A stretch of DNA of 64,000 bases from an uncultured Gammaproteobacteria bacterium. GTDB taxonomy: Bacteria > Patescibacteriota > Microgenomatia > Levybacterales > UBA12049. Under the pieces are notes generated by a model. It was not told the origin of the DNA. It did not search any database and worked only from the letters and a program-made list of their open reading frames with translations. The position numbers and the translations under genes are program-made. Where the stretch lies: positions 1,377,887 through 1,441,886 of the forward strand of contig OZ246394.1 in NCBI GenBank assembly GCA_965230895.1, in the 5' to 3' direction. Within the stretch, counting starts at the first letter, position 1. The number at the start of each line of letters is the position of its first letter. Of the stretch, positions 1 through 10,138 are shown one piece after another.

Positions 1-1
1 T

Positions 2-343
2 CCTGTTATTGCCGAAAGTCTGGTAAATGAAATAGTTGGAGAGAAAAAGATTCTCTCAGAGGCATTTAACCCAGAACGTAGACCTATTCAGACAATGACC
101 CAAGAAGAATCAATAAAGGATTATGCAGAACAAAGTTTATCCGGAGCATATGAATTTTGGTTGGAATTACCAGGAACTATTTCAGAAAGAGATATGCTAA
201 CTATGTATGAAGAAAAAGCACGTAAAATATATAATCAACTTCAAATAAAAACTGCCCTCAGTACTGATATACTATTCTGCTTATCTATGCCGACAATCAC
301 AGAATCTGCAATGGCTGAATTAAGAGACTATTTTCAAAAGTAA
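2..343 (+). CDS. Hypothetical protein, 5'-truncated by the window edge
   Basis: The frame of ORF 95..343 stays open back to base 2 (PVIAESLVNEIVGEKK...); no recognisable motif. Confidence 0.6.
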   Translation, partial: PVIAESLVNEIVGEKKILSEAFNPERRPIQTMTQEESIKDYAEQSLSGAYEFWLELPGTISERDMLTMYEEKARKIYNQLQIKTALSTDILFCLSMPTITESAMAELRDYFQK

Positions 344-347
344 GGTA

Positions 348-1106
348 TTATTCTGGAAGCATGTCCCACAATAGGTCAAAGAGTATTTGAAAATTGCGTG
401 AAAGATCAGAACTCTTTAATACAATACCACTTGTTTCTCCTTTAAGGTCGATAATAGCAATCTTATCTTTAAAAATAAGAACGTCTTGAGAAGTAAGTTT
501 CTTTTTCTGAGGTAGCACTTTATACAAGTGATTTTTGTTCGCATTTTTGATTCGTTCTCTCGTCTTTGGTGAGTCTTCACAAATTTCATAAATTTTTATA
601 TTAGGGTCACTTTTGTATGCATGGTCAAGCAGTTGATAATTGTCAGGAAATGCTTTCGCAATTTCTTCAACGCTCACATAAGATCGTACTTCACCAGCTT
701 GCAAAGACTCTTCATAAATCTTTTTTACTCCAATTTTCCCCTTATAATATTTAATTTCAGCTTCATGTTTTACCTCTTGCTGAGAAATAGTCGCATTTAG
801 TGAAGAGAGCATATCGGGGAAATTTTGTTTTACTTCTTGAGCCTGTTTCACTTTCTTCTCTATAAGCGCTTCAAGATTACTAGGTTCTTCTGCTGCAACA
901 AGCTTTCTTGAACCTTGTACAAGCTTCATTGCTAATCCTTTCTCAACCAGTTGGTCAACGTAAAGGTATGCAGTTGTTCTTTTTACATCTACATTTGCAG
1001 CTAAATCGCGCACAGTGATAGGACCCGTTTGGAGTAGGGTGAGGTAAAGCTTGGCTTCCAATTCAGAAAGCTCTAACTGTTTCAAATATGCAATAATTTT
1101 TTCCAT
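348..1106 (-). CDS. TrmB-family transcriptional regulator (wHTH plus PLD-like effector domain)
   Basis: N-terminal LSELEAKLYLTLLQTG..TVRDLA..VKRTTAY..VDQLVEKGL; C-terminal IKYYKGKIGV..IY and DVLIFKDKIAII. Confidence 0.85.
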   Translation of the reverse strand: MEKIIAYLKQLELSELEAKLYLTLLQTGPITVRDLAANVDVKRTTAYLYVDQLVEKGLAMKLVQGSRKLVAAEEPSNLEALIEKKVKQAQEVKQNFPDMLSSLNATISQQEVKHEAEIKYYKGKIGVKKIYEESLQAGEVRSYVSVEEIAKAFPDNYQLLDHAYKSDPNIKIYEICEDSPKTRERIKNANKNHLYKVLPQKKKLTSQDVLIFKDKIAIIDLKGETSGIVLKSSDLSRNFQILFDLLWDMLPE

Positions 1107-1166
1107 AATTGGCTCGAAGTTATAGGACTATTATACCATATTAGCCTTGATCTTACACGTTCCTTA

Positions 1167-1198
1167 CAATAGTTGTCGGAAAATGTCGACAACTATTG
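1167..1198. promoter_or_regulatory. Palindromic operator, probable TrmB-like binding site
   Basis: Perfect 12-bp inverted repeat CAATAGTTGTCG-N8-CGACAACTATTG between divergent promoters, overlapping the TTGACA at 1196. Confidence 0.65.
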
Positions 1199-1224
1199 AC
1201 AACTTAACAAAAGGGAGTTACAAT
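1196..1224 (+). promoter_or_regulatory. Sigma70-type promoter
   Basis: TTGACA(1196)-N17-TACAAT(1219). Confidence 0.7.
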
Positions 1225-1275
1225 CACTGTGGATTTTGTCTTTTTGACTAGAGCTCATTGCAAGATTCACGCCTA

Positions 1276-1324
1276 TTGACGTCCTGGCCCTTATTTATAT
1301 TTGGGCCAGCACGTCAAATTTTTT
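1276..1324 (+). terminator. Intrinsic terminator-like hairpin
   Basis: TTGACGT-c-CTGGCCC / GGGCCAG-c-ACGTCAA stem followed by ATTTTTT. Confidence 0.65.
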
Positions 1325-1405
1325 AAGAGCTCAATTGTTTGTTTCTTGACAGTATGTTACTATAGATGAATAACGTAATAGTCAACCGGAAACGACAACA
1401 AGTTT

Positions 1406-2116
1406 ATGGGGAATAGCAACGGACGTAAGCGCATTATTATCTCAGTAGGAGGATCCCTCATTGTACCCAATGAAGGGATTAAAACAGAGTTTCTTAAGAA
1501 GCTCAATGCGTTTATTCGAGAAGAACTGGCCAAAGATTCTAAGTGCCAGTTTTTTTTGGTCGCAGGAGGTGGCTCTACAGCTCGTAAATATATTGAAGCT
1601 GGTAGAGAAGTACTTGGCCATGATTTGACCCATGAGGATCTTGATTGGCTCGGTGTTCACTCCACAACCCTCAATGCCCACCTTATCCGCACAATCTTCC
1701 GAGACATCGCTCATCCCAAACTCATCCGCCACTACGACATTATCCGAAAAGCTCACGAACAAGTAGTTGTTGCAGCAGGTTGGAAGCCTGGTTGGTCTAC
1801 TGATTATTGCGCGACACTACTTTGTGAAGACTATGGTGTGAAGACTGTTATCAATCTAAGTAACGTAGAACAAGTCTACGATAAGGACCCACGAAAGTTC
1901 AAAGATGCGAAAGCTTTGAAAAAACTTTCTTGGGATGGAATGCGAGAAATTGTAGGGGATCATTGGTCTCCTGGACTCAATGCTCCATTTGATCCGATTG
2001 CTGCAAAGAAGGCGCAAGAGCTTGGTGTTCGAGTTGTAGTCATGTCTGGAAATAACTTTGATAATATCCGCAATTACTTTGATAACAAACCATTTGTCGG
2101 GACAGTTATCGAATAA
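1406..2116 (+). CDS. pyrH: UMP kinase, archaeal-type
   Basis: ISVGGSL, VAGGGSTARKY, GWKPGWSTD, NVEQVYDKDP and FDPIAAK motifs. Confidence 0.9.
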   Translation: MGNSNGRKRIIISVGGSLIVPNEGIKTEFLKKLNAFIREELAKDSKCQFFLVAGGGSTARKYIEAGREVLGHDLTHEDLDWLGVHSTTLNAHLIRTIFRDIAHPKLIRHYDIIRKAHEQVVVAAGWKPGWSTDYCATLLCEDYGVKTVINLSNVEQVYDKDPRKFKDAKALKKLSWDGMREIVGDHWSPGLNAPFDPIAAKKAQELGVRVVVMSGNNFDNIRNYFDNKPFVGTVIE

Positions 2117-2169
2117 TCTCTATAGCTTGCAAATTAGTAGCTTCTCCTTTATGATTTCTCAATCAGCAA

Positions 2170-3231
2170 ATGTACTTAAAAGATATCTCTCTGCAAAATT
2201 TCCGCAGCTATAGCAAAGCCCAATTTATTTTTGATCCTCGTATCTCTATCATTGTCGGTCCCAATGCTGCAGGCAAAACAAATCTTGTTGAAGCAATCGG
2301 TTTGCTCTCAACGGGCAAGAGCTTTAAAACTGGTGGAGACAAGCATTTGATTGCGTTTGGGAAACCAGTTGCGCATATCACTGGAACACTTGAAGAAGAT
2401 GATGATACTGAGAAATTGGAGATCGCGATCGCACCAAGTCCATCAGGAATGCTTTTGAAGAAGTATCAAGTGAATGGTGTAGCGAGGCGCAGGGCAAGCT
2501 TTGCCGGGAAGTTACCTGCAGTATTGTTTACTCCGTTAGATCTAGATATTGTGGCTGGACAACCTGGAGAGAGGAGGAGATTTCTTAACGAGGTACTTGA
2601 ACAGACAGATCCTCAATACGATGCTGCACTCACACAATATACCAAAGCATTGCGACAACGAAATGCCTTGCTGGAGTTTGTCCAAAGGAGCGGACGACGT
2701 GATGAGGAGCGCTTCGCATATTGGGATAATGTGTTGATTGCCAATGCAAAGATCATCTCATCAAAGAGGGAAGAATTGATTGCGTATATTAATGCTCAAG
2801 AGAAAACGCTTTTTCCATTTGTTTTGGAATACGATAAAAGCCTTATGTCTCGTGAGCGATTGCTTCAGTATCGAGATGCGGAGGCTGGAGCGGGAGTAAC
2901 GCTTGTTGGTCCGCAGCGTGATGATATCTTCGTCAAGACGTTTCATCCTGTTTCGCAAGAGCTAGAAGATGTAAAACATTTTTGTTCAAGAGGCCAACAA
3001 CGGCTTGTCACCCTGGAGCTTAAGAAATCTCAAATTGCTTATCTTCAGGAACAATTAGAGACCCAACCACTTCTGATCCTCGATGATATCTTCTCCGAAC
3101 TTGATAGCAAACATATTGGACATGTTTTGTCGATGACTAATGATTTCCAGACGATTATCACGACTACGCATAAAGAATTTGTGATGGTTGATGGGCTAGA
3201 AAATCGGCATGTGATAGAATTAGGAAAGTAA
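2170..3231 (+). CDS. recF: DNA replication and repair protein RecF
   Basis: LQNFRSY, Walker A GPNAAGKTN, PGERRRFL, GPQRDD, SRGQQR, LLILDDIFSELD. Confidence 0.93.
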   Translation: MYLKDISLQNFRSYSKAQFIFDPRISIIVGPNAAGKTNLVEAIGLLSTGKSFKTGGDKHLIAFGKPVAHITGTLEEDDDTEKLEIAIAPSPSGMLLKKYQVNGVARRRASFAGKLPAVLFTPLDLDIVAGQPGERRRFLNEVLEQTDPQYDAALTQYTKALRQRNALLEFVQRSGRRDEERFAYWDNVLIANAKIISSKREELIAYINAQEKTLFPFVLEYDKSLMSRERLLQYRDAEAGAGVTLVGPQRDDIFVKTFHPVSQELEDVKHFCSRGQQRLVTLELKKSQIAYLQEQLETQPLLILDDIFSELDSKHIGHVLSMTNDFQTIITTTHKEFVMVDGLENRHVIELGK

Positions 3232-3276
3232 TAGTACTGCCTGATCTAAATATCATTTGTTCAGGAAACTTTTCTT

Positions 3277-4140
3277 ATGCAATCCTTTAATCCTGACCTC
3301 CTCAAGCAGCTGTATGTTCCAGCTCATGATTCCCACAAGGGCCAAAACGGTAAATTGATGATTATTGGTGGCTCTCGCTTATTTCACGCAGCATCTCTTT
3401 GGGCATTAACAACTGCAAGTAGAATTGTAGATATGGTTTTTTATGCATCAGTTGTTGAGAATAATGAGCTTGTTCATGATTTGAAAAAAGAGTTCAGAAA
3501 TGGAATTATTGTGGCTAGGGATGATCTAGAATCATACGTCCAAGAAGCAGAATGTATTTTGATAGGTCCGGGGATGCTTCGTCAGGAAGAAAAGTTTGAC
3601 AAAGAACAGCATCTGACATTGAAGCAAATAAATGCATTAGAGCATGAAGGAGAGCAAACATATTATCTGACGAAATATCTCCTTGCAAAGTACCCGCACA
3701 AGAAATGGGTGATTGATGCTGGAGCTCTTCAAATGCTTGACCTTTCATGGCTTAAGCACATGAGTGGAGATGTTATTTTGACGCCGCATGTAGATGAATT
3801 CAGACGAGTTTTTGGTGAAATAAAAGATGTCGCAGAGTTAGCGAAAGGATATAAAGCGACAATTCTTCTCAAAGGGGAAAGTGATATTGTTTGTTCGCCA
3901 ACCCAATGCGTCAAAATAGCAGGTGGCAATCCTGGCATGACCAAAGGTGGTACTGGAGATGTCTTAGCTGGACTTATTGCAGCGCTCGCTACCAAAAATG
4001 ATGTTTTTACTTCCGCAGCAGCAGGATCCTATATAAATAAGCAAGCAGGTGAATCACTAGAAAAAAGAGTAGGATATTATTTCAATGCATCTGATCTCGC
4101 GGATGAGATTCCACAGGTCATGAAGAAGCTATTGGGTTGA
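3277..4140 (+). CDS. nnrD: ADP-dependent NAD(P)H-hydrate dehydratase
   Basis: SHKGQNGKLMIIGGS, IGPG, VIDAGAL, ILTPH..EF, LLKG, GGTGDVLAG. Confidence 0.9.
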   Translation: MQSFNPDLLKQLYVPAHDSHKGQNGKLMIIGGSRLFHAASLWALTTASRIVDMVFYASVVENNELVHDLKKEFRNGIIVARDDLESYVQEAECILIGPGMLRQEEKFDKEQHLTLKQINALEHEGEQTYYLTKYLLAKYPHKKWVIDAGALQMLDLSWLKHMSGDVILTPHVDEFRRVFGEIKDVAELAKGYKATILLKGESDIVCSPTQCVKIAGGNPGMTKGGTGDVLAGLIAALATKNDVFTSAAAGSYINKQAGESLEKRVGYYFNASDLADEIPQVMKKLLG

Positions 4141-4171
4141 TTATCTGGAGCTTCTCGTTATAATGGGGAAC

Positions 4172-4411
4172 ATGAATGAACGCAAAATACCTCGAATGAT
4201 TAGATGGGTAAATACTGAACTCTTTGGAAACAAAGACTTTCGACGTCCCACGACGAGTGAAGCTGATCAAGTAAAAGCTCGAGTTGCAGCACTAAACGCA
4301 GCATATAAGGGAAAGCTCACTTCAGATGTGAGAGTTAGACATGGAGAAACTGCATGGCTAGAGCGGGGTGTAGTATTTCAAGCTGAAGATAGAAAGCCTC
4401 AGCACGGATAA
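4172..4411 (+). CDS. Hypothetical small protein
   Basis: ORF fills the intergenic gap; TATAAT at 4159 lies 7 nt before ATG 4172 (leaderless-type start). Confidence 0.55.
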   Translation: MNERKIPRMIRWVNTELFGNKDFRRPTTSEADQVKARVAALNAAYKGKLTSDVRVRHGETAWLERGVVFQAEDRKPQHG

Positions 4412-4464
4412 TTCTCTTGCCTTTTATCGGGAAATGATCAATAATAACTGAGTCTTCATCAGTT

Positions 4465-5505
4465 ATGTATACTCCAAAATACACAATCAATAATGCAGTA
4501 CTCCGCAATATTGGCATCGTGGAAGCTGCTAGAGAAGTTATCTCTCACGCACCGTTACTTCCATATTATGAAAAAGAATTCCAGAAAGATGCGCTTGCAC
4601 GCGCTGTGCATCACGGAACCCATATTGAAGGAAATGAGTTGGATATGGATCAGGCAGAGAAGGTTATTGCGGGACAGCAAATTGTGGCACGTGCGCGTGA
4701 TATCCAGGAAGTTATCAATTATCGACGGGTGATGGAACATATTGGAAAGACCGAGCAAAAGACAATCACTGAAGAATTTGTAAAGGAGTTGCATCGTATG
4801 ACAGTTGATAAATTACTCGTTCCGGAACGTTGTGGCCAATATCGTACAACCCAAGTTGTCGTCCGGAACAGTCTGACTGGAGATGTCACATTTACTCCTC
4901 CACAAGCTTCTCTCGTCCCTGAGCAAGTGAAAGCATTGATTGGTTTTATTAATAGCACCAACCAAGAAGAACTTCATCCTGTCTTAAAGTCTGGAATAGT
5001 ACATTATGAACTTGCTCGAATCCATCCCTTTATTGATGGCAATGGTCGTGTCTCACGTGCGCTTTCAACATATATTCTTTTCCAGGAAAAGTACGATATC
5101 CGTAAGTTCTTCTCGCTTGAAGAATATTTTGATAATGATGCAAGTGAATATTATTCAGCTCTGCAAAGTGTTGGGCGAAACGATGGTGATCTGACTGAAT
5201 GGTTGGCATACTTTACGCACGGGTTAGCAATTGAATTGAATAAGATCAAAGAGAAAATTGAAAAGATTTCGGTTGATGTAAAGATCAAAGAGCGTCAGGG
5301 AGGAGAACCGATCATGCTTTCTGAAAGACAACTGAAGATCATGGAATACATCCAGAAGGTTGGATTTTTGCAGAACAATGGCTTCAAACAACTCTTTCCA
5401 ATGGTTTCTGAGGACACAGTTCTCAATGAATTAAAATACTTAATCAAGCACGGACTGCTTAAGAAACAAGGAAGCACGAAAGGAGCGAAGTACGTACGAG
5501 CATAA
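4465..5505 (+). CDS. Fic-family protein with C-terminal wHTH
   Basis: Canonical Fic motif HPFIDGNGRVSR; HHGTHIEGN helix; C-terminal LSERQLKI...TVLNELKYLIKHGLLKKQG. Confidence 0.9.
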   Translation: MYTPKYTINNAVLRNIGIVEAAREVISHAPLLPYYEKEFQKDALARAVHHGTHIEGNELDMDQAEKVIAGQQIVARARDIQEVINYRRVMEHIGKTEQKTITEEFVKELHRMTVDKLLVPERCGQYRTTQVVVRNSLTGDVTFTPPQASLVPEQVKALIGFINSTNQEELHPVLKSGIVHYELARIHPFIDGNGRVSRALSTYILFQEKYDIRKFFSLEEYFDNDASEYYSALQSVGRNDGDLTEWLAYFTHGLAIELNKIKEKIEKISVDVKIKERQGGEPIMLSERQLKIMEYIQKVGFLQNNGFKQLFPMVSEDTVLNELKYLIKHGLLKKQGSTKGAKYVRA

Positions 5506-5506
5506 G

Positions 5507-7273
5507 ATGAAGTTTACTGAACTGACAACATATTTTGAAAAATTAGAAGAAACCTCTTCACGACTTGCCCTTATTGATATCCTCGCAGAACTATTTAAAA
5601 AGACCGATGGGACGACTGTTGATAAGGTGATGTATCTTGCACAAGGTCGTGTCGCACCATTTTACGAACCGACAGAGATCGGTATGGCAGATAAAATGGT
5701 TGCGCAAAGTATCGGTGAAGCTTTCGGTCTAACCAAGGATGAAGTCCTCGATGCATATGCAAAGAAGGGTGATTTAGGGTTGGTGGCATTTGAACTTTCT
5801 GAGAAAGAGCGAAAGAAAGGGAAGAAGGATGAACTTTCCGTTGTGACTGTTTTTGATGAGCTCACCAAGATCGCCAATACAAGTGGTGTTGGATCTGTCG
5901 AGAAAAAGATAACTGCTTTGAAGGAACTGCTTGAGCATATGGATGCGGTTTCCGCAAAGCATTTGGTTCGTATCCCTTTGGGAAAGACACGACTTGGTAT
6001 CGGAGATCCGACGATCCTTGATGGTATCGCGATTGCAATACTTGGCGATAAAAAGCATCGTAAGCTTTTGGAGAAAGCATACAATGAAACATCTGATTTG
6101 GGATTGATCGGAAAGACGTTGGTTGAAAGTGGTTTGGAAGCTGTACAAAAGCTTGGTGTCACGGTCGGCCGTCCGATCCGGTCTGAACTCTGTGAACGCC
6201 TACCAAATCCGGTGAAGGTATTTGAGAAGATGGATACCGATGGATTGGGTGTCCATGCTACATATAAATATGATGGTTTCCGTGTCCAGATCCACAAAAA
6301 TGGAGATAAGGTCGAGATGTTTTCGCGAAACCTTGAAGACATGACGCACATGTTTCCAGAACTTATCGAAGGAACGCTCAAACAAATCAAAGCAAAGACA
6401 GTTATCTTAGATTCAGAAGCAATGGCGTATCAACCTGAATCTGAGGAATTCCTTCCATTCCAGGAAACCACCAAACGCCGCCGCAAACATAACATCGAAG
6501 CAATGGCAGAGTCACTTCCGTTGAAAGCGTTCGTTTTTGACATACTTTACGTTGACGGCAAATCACTCCTCGGAACGCCTCTGAATGAACGTGTTGAAAT
6601 CATGAAGAAGACGATTGCAGGGGATGATATTTTGATTCCGGAGCCGGGGACAATTATGAAAAAGCCTGAAGATTTGCAGCTTATGCTTGATGATGCATTC
6701 ACCCAAGGACTTGAAGGTGTTGTGATCAAACGACCAGATTCAGGATACGAAGCAGGTGGACGAAACTTTAATTGGGTCAAACTTAAGAAGCATTCTGCTG
6801 GTGATTTGAATGACACAATTGATTGCGTTATCCTTGGATATATTTATGGGAAAGGGAAACGAACGGAGTTTGGCGCAGGTGCTTTATTGGTCGGGTTATA
6901 TGATAAAGACCAGGATCAATTTGTCTCTGTAACGCGCATTGGAACCGGTTTGTCAGACGATGAATGGCGAAGTATCAAAGAGAAAGTACATGGTCTAGAA
7001 ACCGATCACAAGCCCGCTCGTGTGCATTCATTGATCACTCCAAGTGTCTGGGTAAAACCTGAAGTTGTAATTGAAGTTTTGGCTGATGAAATCACCAGAA
7101 GCCCTCTCCATACCGCTGGTTCAAAGTTTGATGAAAAGGTTGGAAAAGACCTTGGGTATGCGCTCCGATTTCCGAGATTAGTTTCCTTCAGAGATAAAGA
7201 TAAAAAGGCAGAAGATGCGACAAGTGTGGAAGAATTAATTGAGATGTTCAACGATCAGGGAAAGAAAGAATAA
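5507..7273 (+). CDS. lig: ATP-dependent DNA ligase (archaeal/eukaryal LigI-like, with N-terminal DNA-binding domain)
   Basis: KYDGFRVQIH (motif I), ILDSE, FDIL, EGVVIK, WVKLK, ALRFPR; 588 aa. Confidence 0.93.
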   Translation: MKFTELTTYFEKLEETSSRLALIDILAELFKKTDGTTVDKVMYLAQGRVAPFYEPTEIGMADKMVAQSIGEAFGLTKDEVLDAYAKKGDLGLVAFELSEKERKKGKKDELSVVTVFDELTKIANTSGVGSVEKKITALKELLEHMDAVSAKHLVRIPLGKTRLGIGDPTILDGIAIAILGDKKHRKLLEKAYNETSDLGLIGKTLVESGLEAVQKLGVTVGRPIRSELCERLPNPVKVFEKMDTDGLGVHATYKYDGFRVQIHKNGDKVEMFSRNLEDMTHMFPELIEGTLKQIKAKTVILDSEAMAYQPESEEFLPFQETTKRRRKHNIEAMAESLPLKAFVFDILYVDGKSLLGTPLNERVEIMKKTIAGDDILIPEPGTIMKKPEDLQLMLDDAFTQGLEGVVIKRPDSGYEAGGRNFNWVKLKKHSAGDLNDTIDCVILGYIYGKGKRTEFGAGALLVGLYDKDQDQFVSVTRIGTGLSDDEWRSIKEKVHGLETDHKPARVHSLITPSVWVKPEVVIEVLADEITRSPLHTAGSKFDEKVGKDLGYALRFPRLVSFRDKDKKAEDATSVEELIEMFNDQGKKE

Positions 7274-7275
7274 CT

Positions 7276-7764
7276 ATGATGGTAAAAGCCTCTTTTGATC
7301 CTACAACTCGTATAGTAAATTCTGAAGTAAAACAAACTTGCATGCTGCGGGAATACTCTACGCTTCATGATGTAAAAATTGATGATGGTTGCAGCATTTA
7401 TGAAAGAGTATCAATCAAAAAATCTACGATTGGGAAAAATGTCAGTATTAATGCAGGAACTTACATTGAAAATTCCATAATAGGTGATGATGTCATGATT
7501 GGTCCCAATTGTACTATTGTAGGAGTCACACATACATTTACTCCCGAGATAATTTCAAAAGAGGATACGTGGAAAAGAATCACAATTGGAAAAGGCGCTT
7601 TCCTTGGAGGATCGGTTGTTGTTTTGCCAGGGAGATCCATTGGAGAGGGATCAGTTATTGGTGCGGGCACTATCATTAATAAAGATATTCCAGCACATTC
7701 GATAGTAATGGGAATTGCTCCAAATCAACGTATAAAAAAGATTATTGATTATCAGAGAGAGTAG
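7276..7764 (+). CDS. Hexapeptide-repeat (left-handed beta-helix) acyltransferase
   Basis: IGDDVMIGPN, IGKGAFLGGSVVVLPG..IGEGSVIGAG repeats. Confidence 0.8.
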   Translation: MMVKASFDPTTRIVNSEVKQTCMLREYSTLHDVKIDDGCSIYERVSIKKSTIGKNVSINAGTYIENSIIGDDVMIGPNCTIVGVTHTFTPEIISKEDTWKRITIGKGAFLGGSVVVLPGRSIGEGSVIGAGTIINKDIPAHSIVMGIAPNQRIKKIIDYQRE

Positions 7765-7806
7765 TTTCTTACTTGGAAAATTTATGTAAGTGATAGAATT
7801 ATTTCC

Positions 7807-9141
7807 ATGCACTACGTCACTGATCTCCATCTTCACTCCAAATATTCCCGTGCAGTAAGTCCTCAAATGAATCTCCAAACAATGAGCCAGCTTGCAGTGC
7901 AAAAGGGTTTGGATGTTTTATCGGCAGCTGATTTTACCCATCCTGTTTGGTTCAAAGAAATCAGTGAGCAATTGGAGCAAGCAGAAGAAGGATTGTATCA
8001 ATTGAAAGGTGAGACGGGAGACGTGGGAAGTGTTCGGTTTATGTTGGGAACTGAGATGTCTTCAATTTATAAGCAAGGAGATAAGTTGCGTAGAATTCAC
8101 AACCTGATCTTTGTTCCAAGTTTGGAAATTGCTCAGAAGTTTAACAAAGCCATTATTGCCAAAGGAGGAAATCTTAATGCAGATGGTCGTCCGATTGTAG
8201 GCTTATCCTCACGAAATTTGCTTGAGCTTTTGCTTGAAATCGATGAGCGGGCATTCCTCATCCCAGCACATATTTGGACGCCGCATTTTGGTATTTATGG
8301 ATCGGCTTCAGGATTTGATTCGCTTGAAGAAGCATTTGGAGATTTGGCAAAGTATATTTTTGGAATCGAAACGGGACTTTCAAGTGATCCTGATATGAAT
8401 TGGCAAGTGTCTGAGTTGATGCATCGAAGTATTCTTTCCTTTTCTGATGCACATAGTGCGCCCAAAATGGCAAGGGAAGCAACTGTTGTGGATTTAGAAA
8501 GCTTAAGTTATACCACAATTCGTCATGCCTTTGAACGAGCTTCGAAACCAGAGCTTGGAAATAAGAACAAAGTTGCATACACATTAGAATTTTATCCTGA
8601 AGAGGGGAAATATCATTTTTCGGGACACCGCGATCACAAAGTAGTTCTGGGACCAGAAGAAATTCGAGCAAATGGCAATATCTGCCCCGCCTGCAACAGA
8701 CGTCTAACAGAAGGTGTTTTGTATCGTATCCAGCAATTAGCTGATCCAACATTATTCCACCGAACTGTTGAAAAGATTGAATCCGATGGTATCAAATGGT
8801 ACGAAGATTCAAAGAAGATGCAGCCACCTTATGTAAAGCTCGTACCGCTATTGGAGATTTGCGCAGAATCACTGGGATCGACAGTAAATAGTCAGAAGTC
8901 GAAAAATTTATTTGCGAAATTATGTATGGAATTACAATCTGAATTACATGTATTGCTTAAAGCTTCAATTGAAGACATTGAGAAGGTCGGGGGCGGAAGA
9001 GTTGCACAAGGTGTCCAAAAAGTCCGTGAAGGAAATATCGAAATAGATCCCGGATATGATGGAATTTATGGCAAAGTCTCGATCTGGAAAGAAGGAGAGG
9101 AAAAAGCTTCGGACATCCCACAATTAGCCTTGGATTTATAG
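7807..9141 (+). CDS. PHP-domain endonuclease Q-like protein
   Basis: DLHLHSKYSRA, DFTHP, PAHIWTP, ETGLSSDP, SDAHS, EEGKYH, CPAC, PGYDGIYG. Confidence 0.85.
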   Translation: MHYVTDLHLHSKYSRAVSPQMNLQTMSQLAVQKGLDVLSAADFTHPVWFKEISEQLEQAEEGLYQLKGETGDVGSVRFMLGTEMSSIYKQGDKLRRIHNLIFVPSLEIAQKFNKAIIAKGGNLNADGRPIVGLSSRNLLELLLEIDERAFLIPAHIWTPHFGIYGSASGFDSLEEAFGDLAKYIFGIETGLSSDPDMNWQVSELMHRSILSFSDAHSAPKMAREATVVDLESLSYTTIRHAFERASKPELGNKNKVAYTLEFYPEEGKYHFSGHRDHKVVLGPEEIRANGNICPACNRRLTEGVLYRIQQLADPTLFHRTVEKIESDGIKWYEDSKKMQPPYVKLVPLLEICAESLGSTVNSQKSKNLFAKLCMELQSELHVLLKASIEDIEKVGGGRVAQGVQKVREGNIEIDPGYDGIYGKVSIWKEGEEKASDIPQLALDL

Positions 9142-9200
9142 CAAATTCGTAATAAATCTTACGTTATTTTCATCTTTCATATGCTACTATAAAGAAAGAT

Positions 9201-9815
9201 ATGAAGTTAATCGTAGGACTTGGAAACCCCGGAGAAAAATACGAAAATACACGCCACAATGTCGGCTTCATGACCATTGATCATCTTCTCAAAGAATTTG
9301 GAACCAACAAAGACGATTGGAGTTCTCAAGCAAAACTCAAAAGTGATATCGCTACATTTACAATCCCGACCGATGGAGGAGAAGAAAAAGTAATCCTCGC
9401 GAAGCCAAAAACATTCATGAATGAATCTGGTCATGCAATAAGTCTTTTGATGAACTTTTACAAAATCGAACCAGATGATTTGTGGATTGTGTATGATGAA
9501 TTAGATTTACCATTGGGAACGCTCAAGATCCGAAACGGTGGCGCAGCAGCCGGACATCATGGGGTTGAATCAGTTATGGAGCATGCTGGAACTGATAAAT
9601 TCTGGAGATTCAGACTGGGGATTGGTGCATCACGAAATCACGAAATGCCAGTTGGGAAGCAGTTTATCCGCGATGCAAAGGAATTTGTGCTTGATCCTTT
9701 CACCCAATCAGAGCAGGGGAAACTCCGTGAGATGATCAAACATGCATGTAAAGCTCTAGAATGTGCTCTCAAAAAGGATCTTGAATCTGCAATGAATCGA
9801 TTCAATACAAAATAA
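9201..9815 (+). CDS. pth: Peptidyl-tRNA hydrolase
   Basis: LIVGLGNPG..Y..TRHNVGF, KPKTFMNESG, YDELDLP, GHHG, RLGIG. Confidence 0.95.
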   Translation: MKLIVGLGNPGEKYENTRHNVGFMTIDHLLKEFGTNKDDWSSQAKLKSDIATFTIPTDGGEEKVILAKPKTFMNESGHAISLLMNFYKIEPDDLWIVYDELDLPLGTLKIRNGGAAAGHHGVESVMEHAGTDKFWRFRLGIGASRNHEMPVGKQFIRDAKEFVLDPFTQSEQGKLREMIKHACKALECALKKDLESAMNRFNTK

Positions 9816-10138
9816 TGCAATCTCTCAAAAGCGTACTTACTAAGTTCAATCCCACCACAGACAAATATATATCCCGTGAGTTCCAAACCTACGGGCTTCA
9901 TTTGGCTGATCAATTAGATGATTACAAACATAAGAGTTTGTATATTAAATTAGCTAAATCAACTCCTCGGGCAATTCTTGAGAGGGCACTAACATTTTGT
10001 GTAGACAGTAAAGCTACAAATAAAGGAGCGCTTTTTATGTGGAAGTTAAAAGAGATTAAAAAAGATATGAAGAGCGCCGCAATTCCTGTGCCAAAGGTTG
10101 AACAGCCATCCCTTATTCCAGATAATTCAAATGTATGA
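9815..10138 (+). CDS. Hypothetical protein
   Basis: Translationally coupled to pth (TAATG) and to acyP (ATGA). Confidence 0.7.
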   Translation: MQSLKSVLTKFNPTTDKYISREFQTYGLHLADQLDDYKHKSLYIKLAKSTPRAILERALTFCVDSKATNKGALFMWKLKEIKKDMKSAAIPVPKVEQPSLIPDNSNV

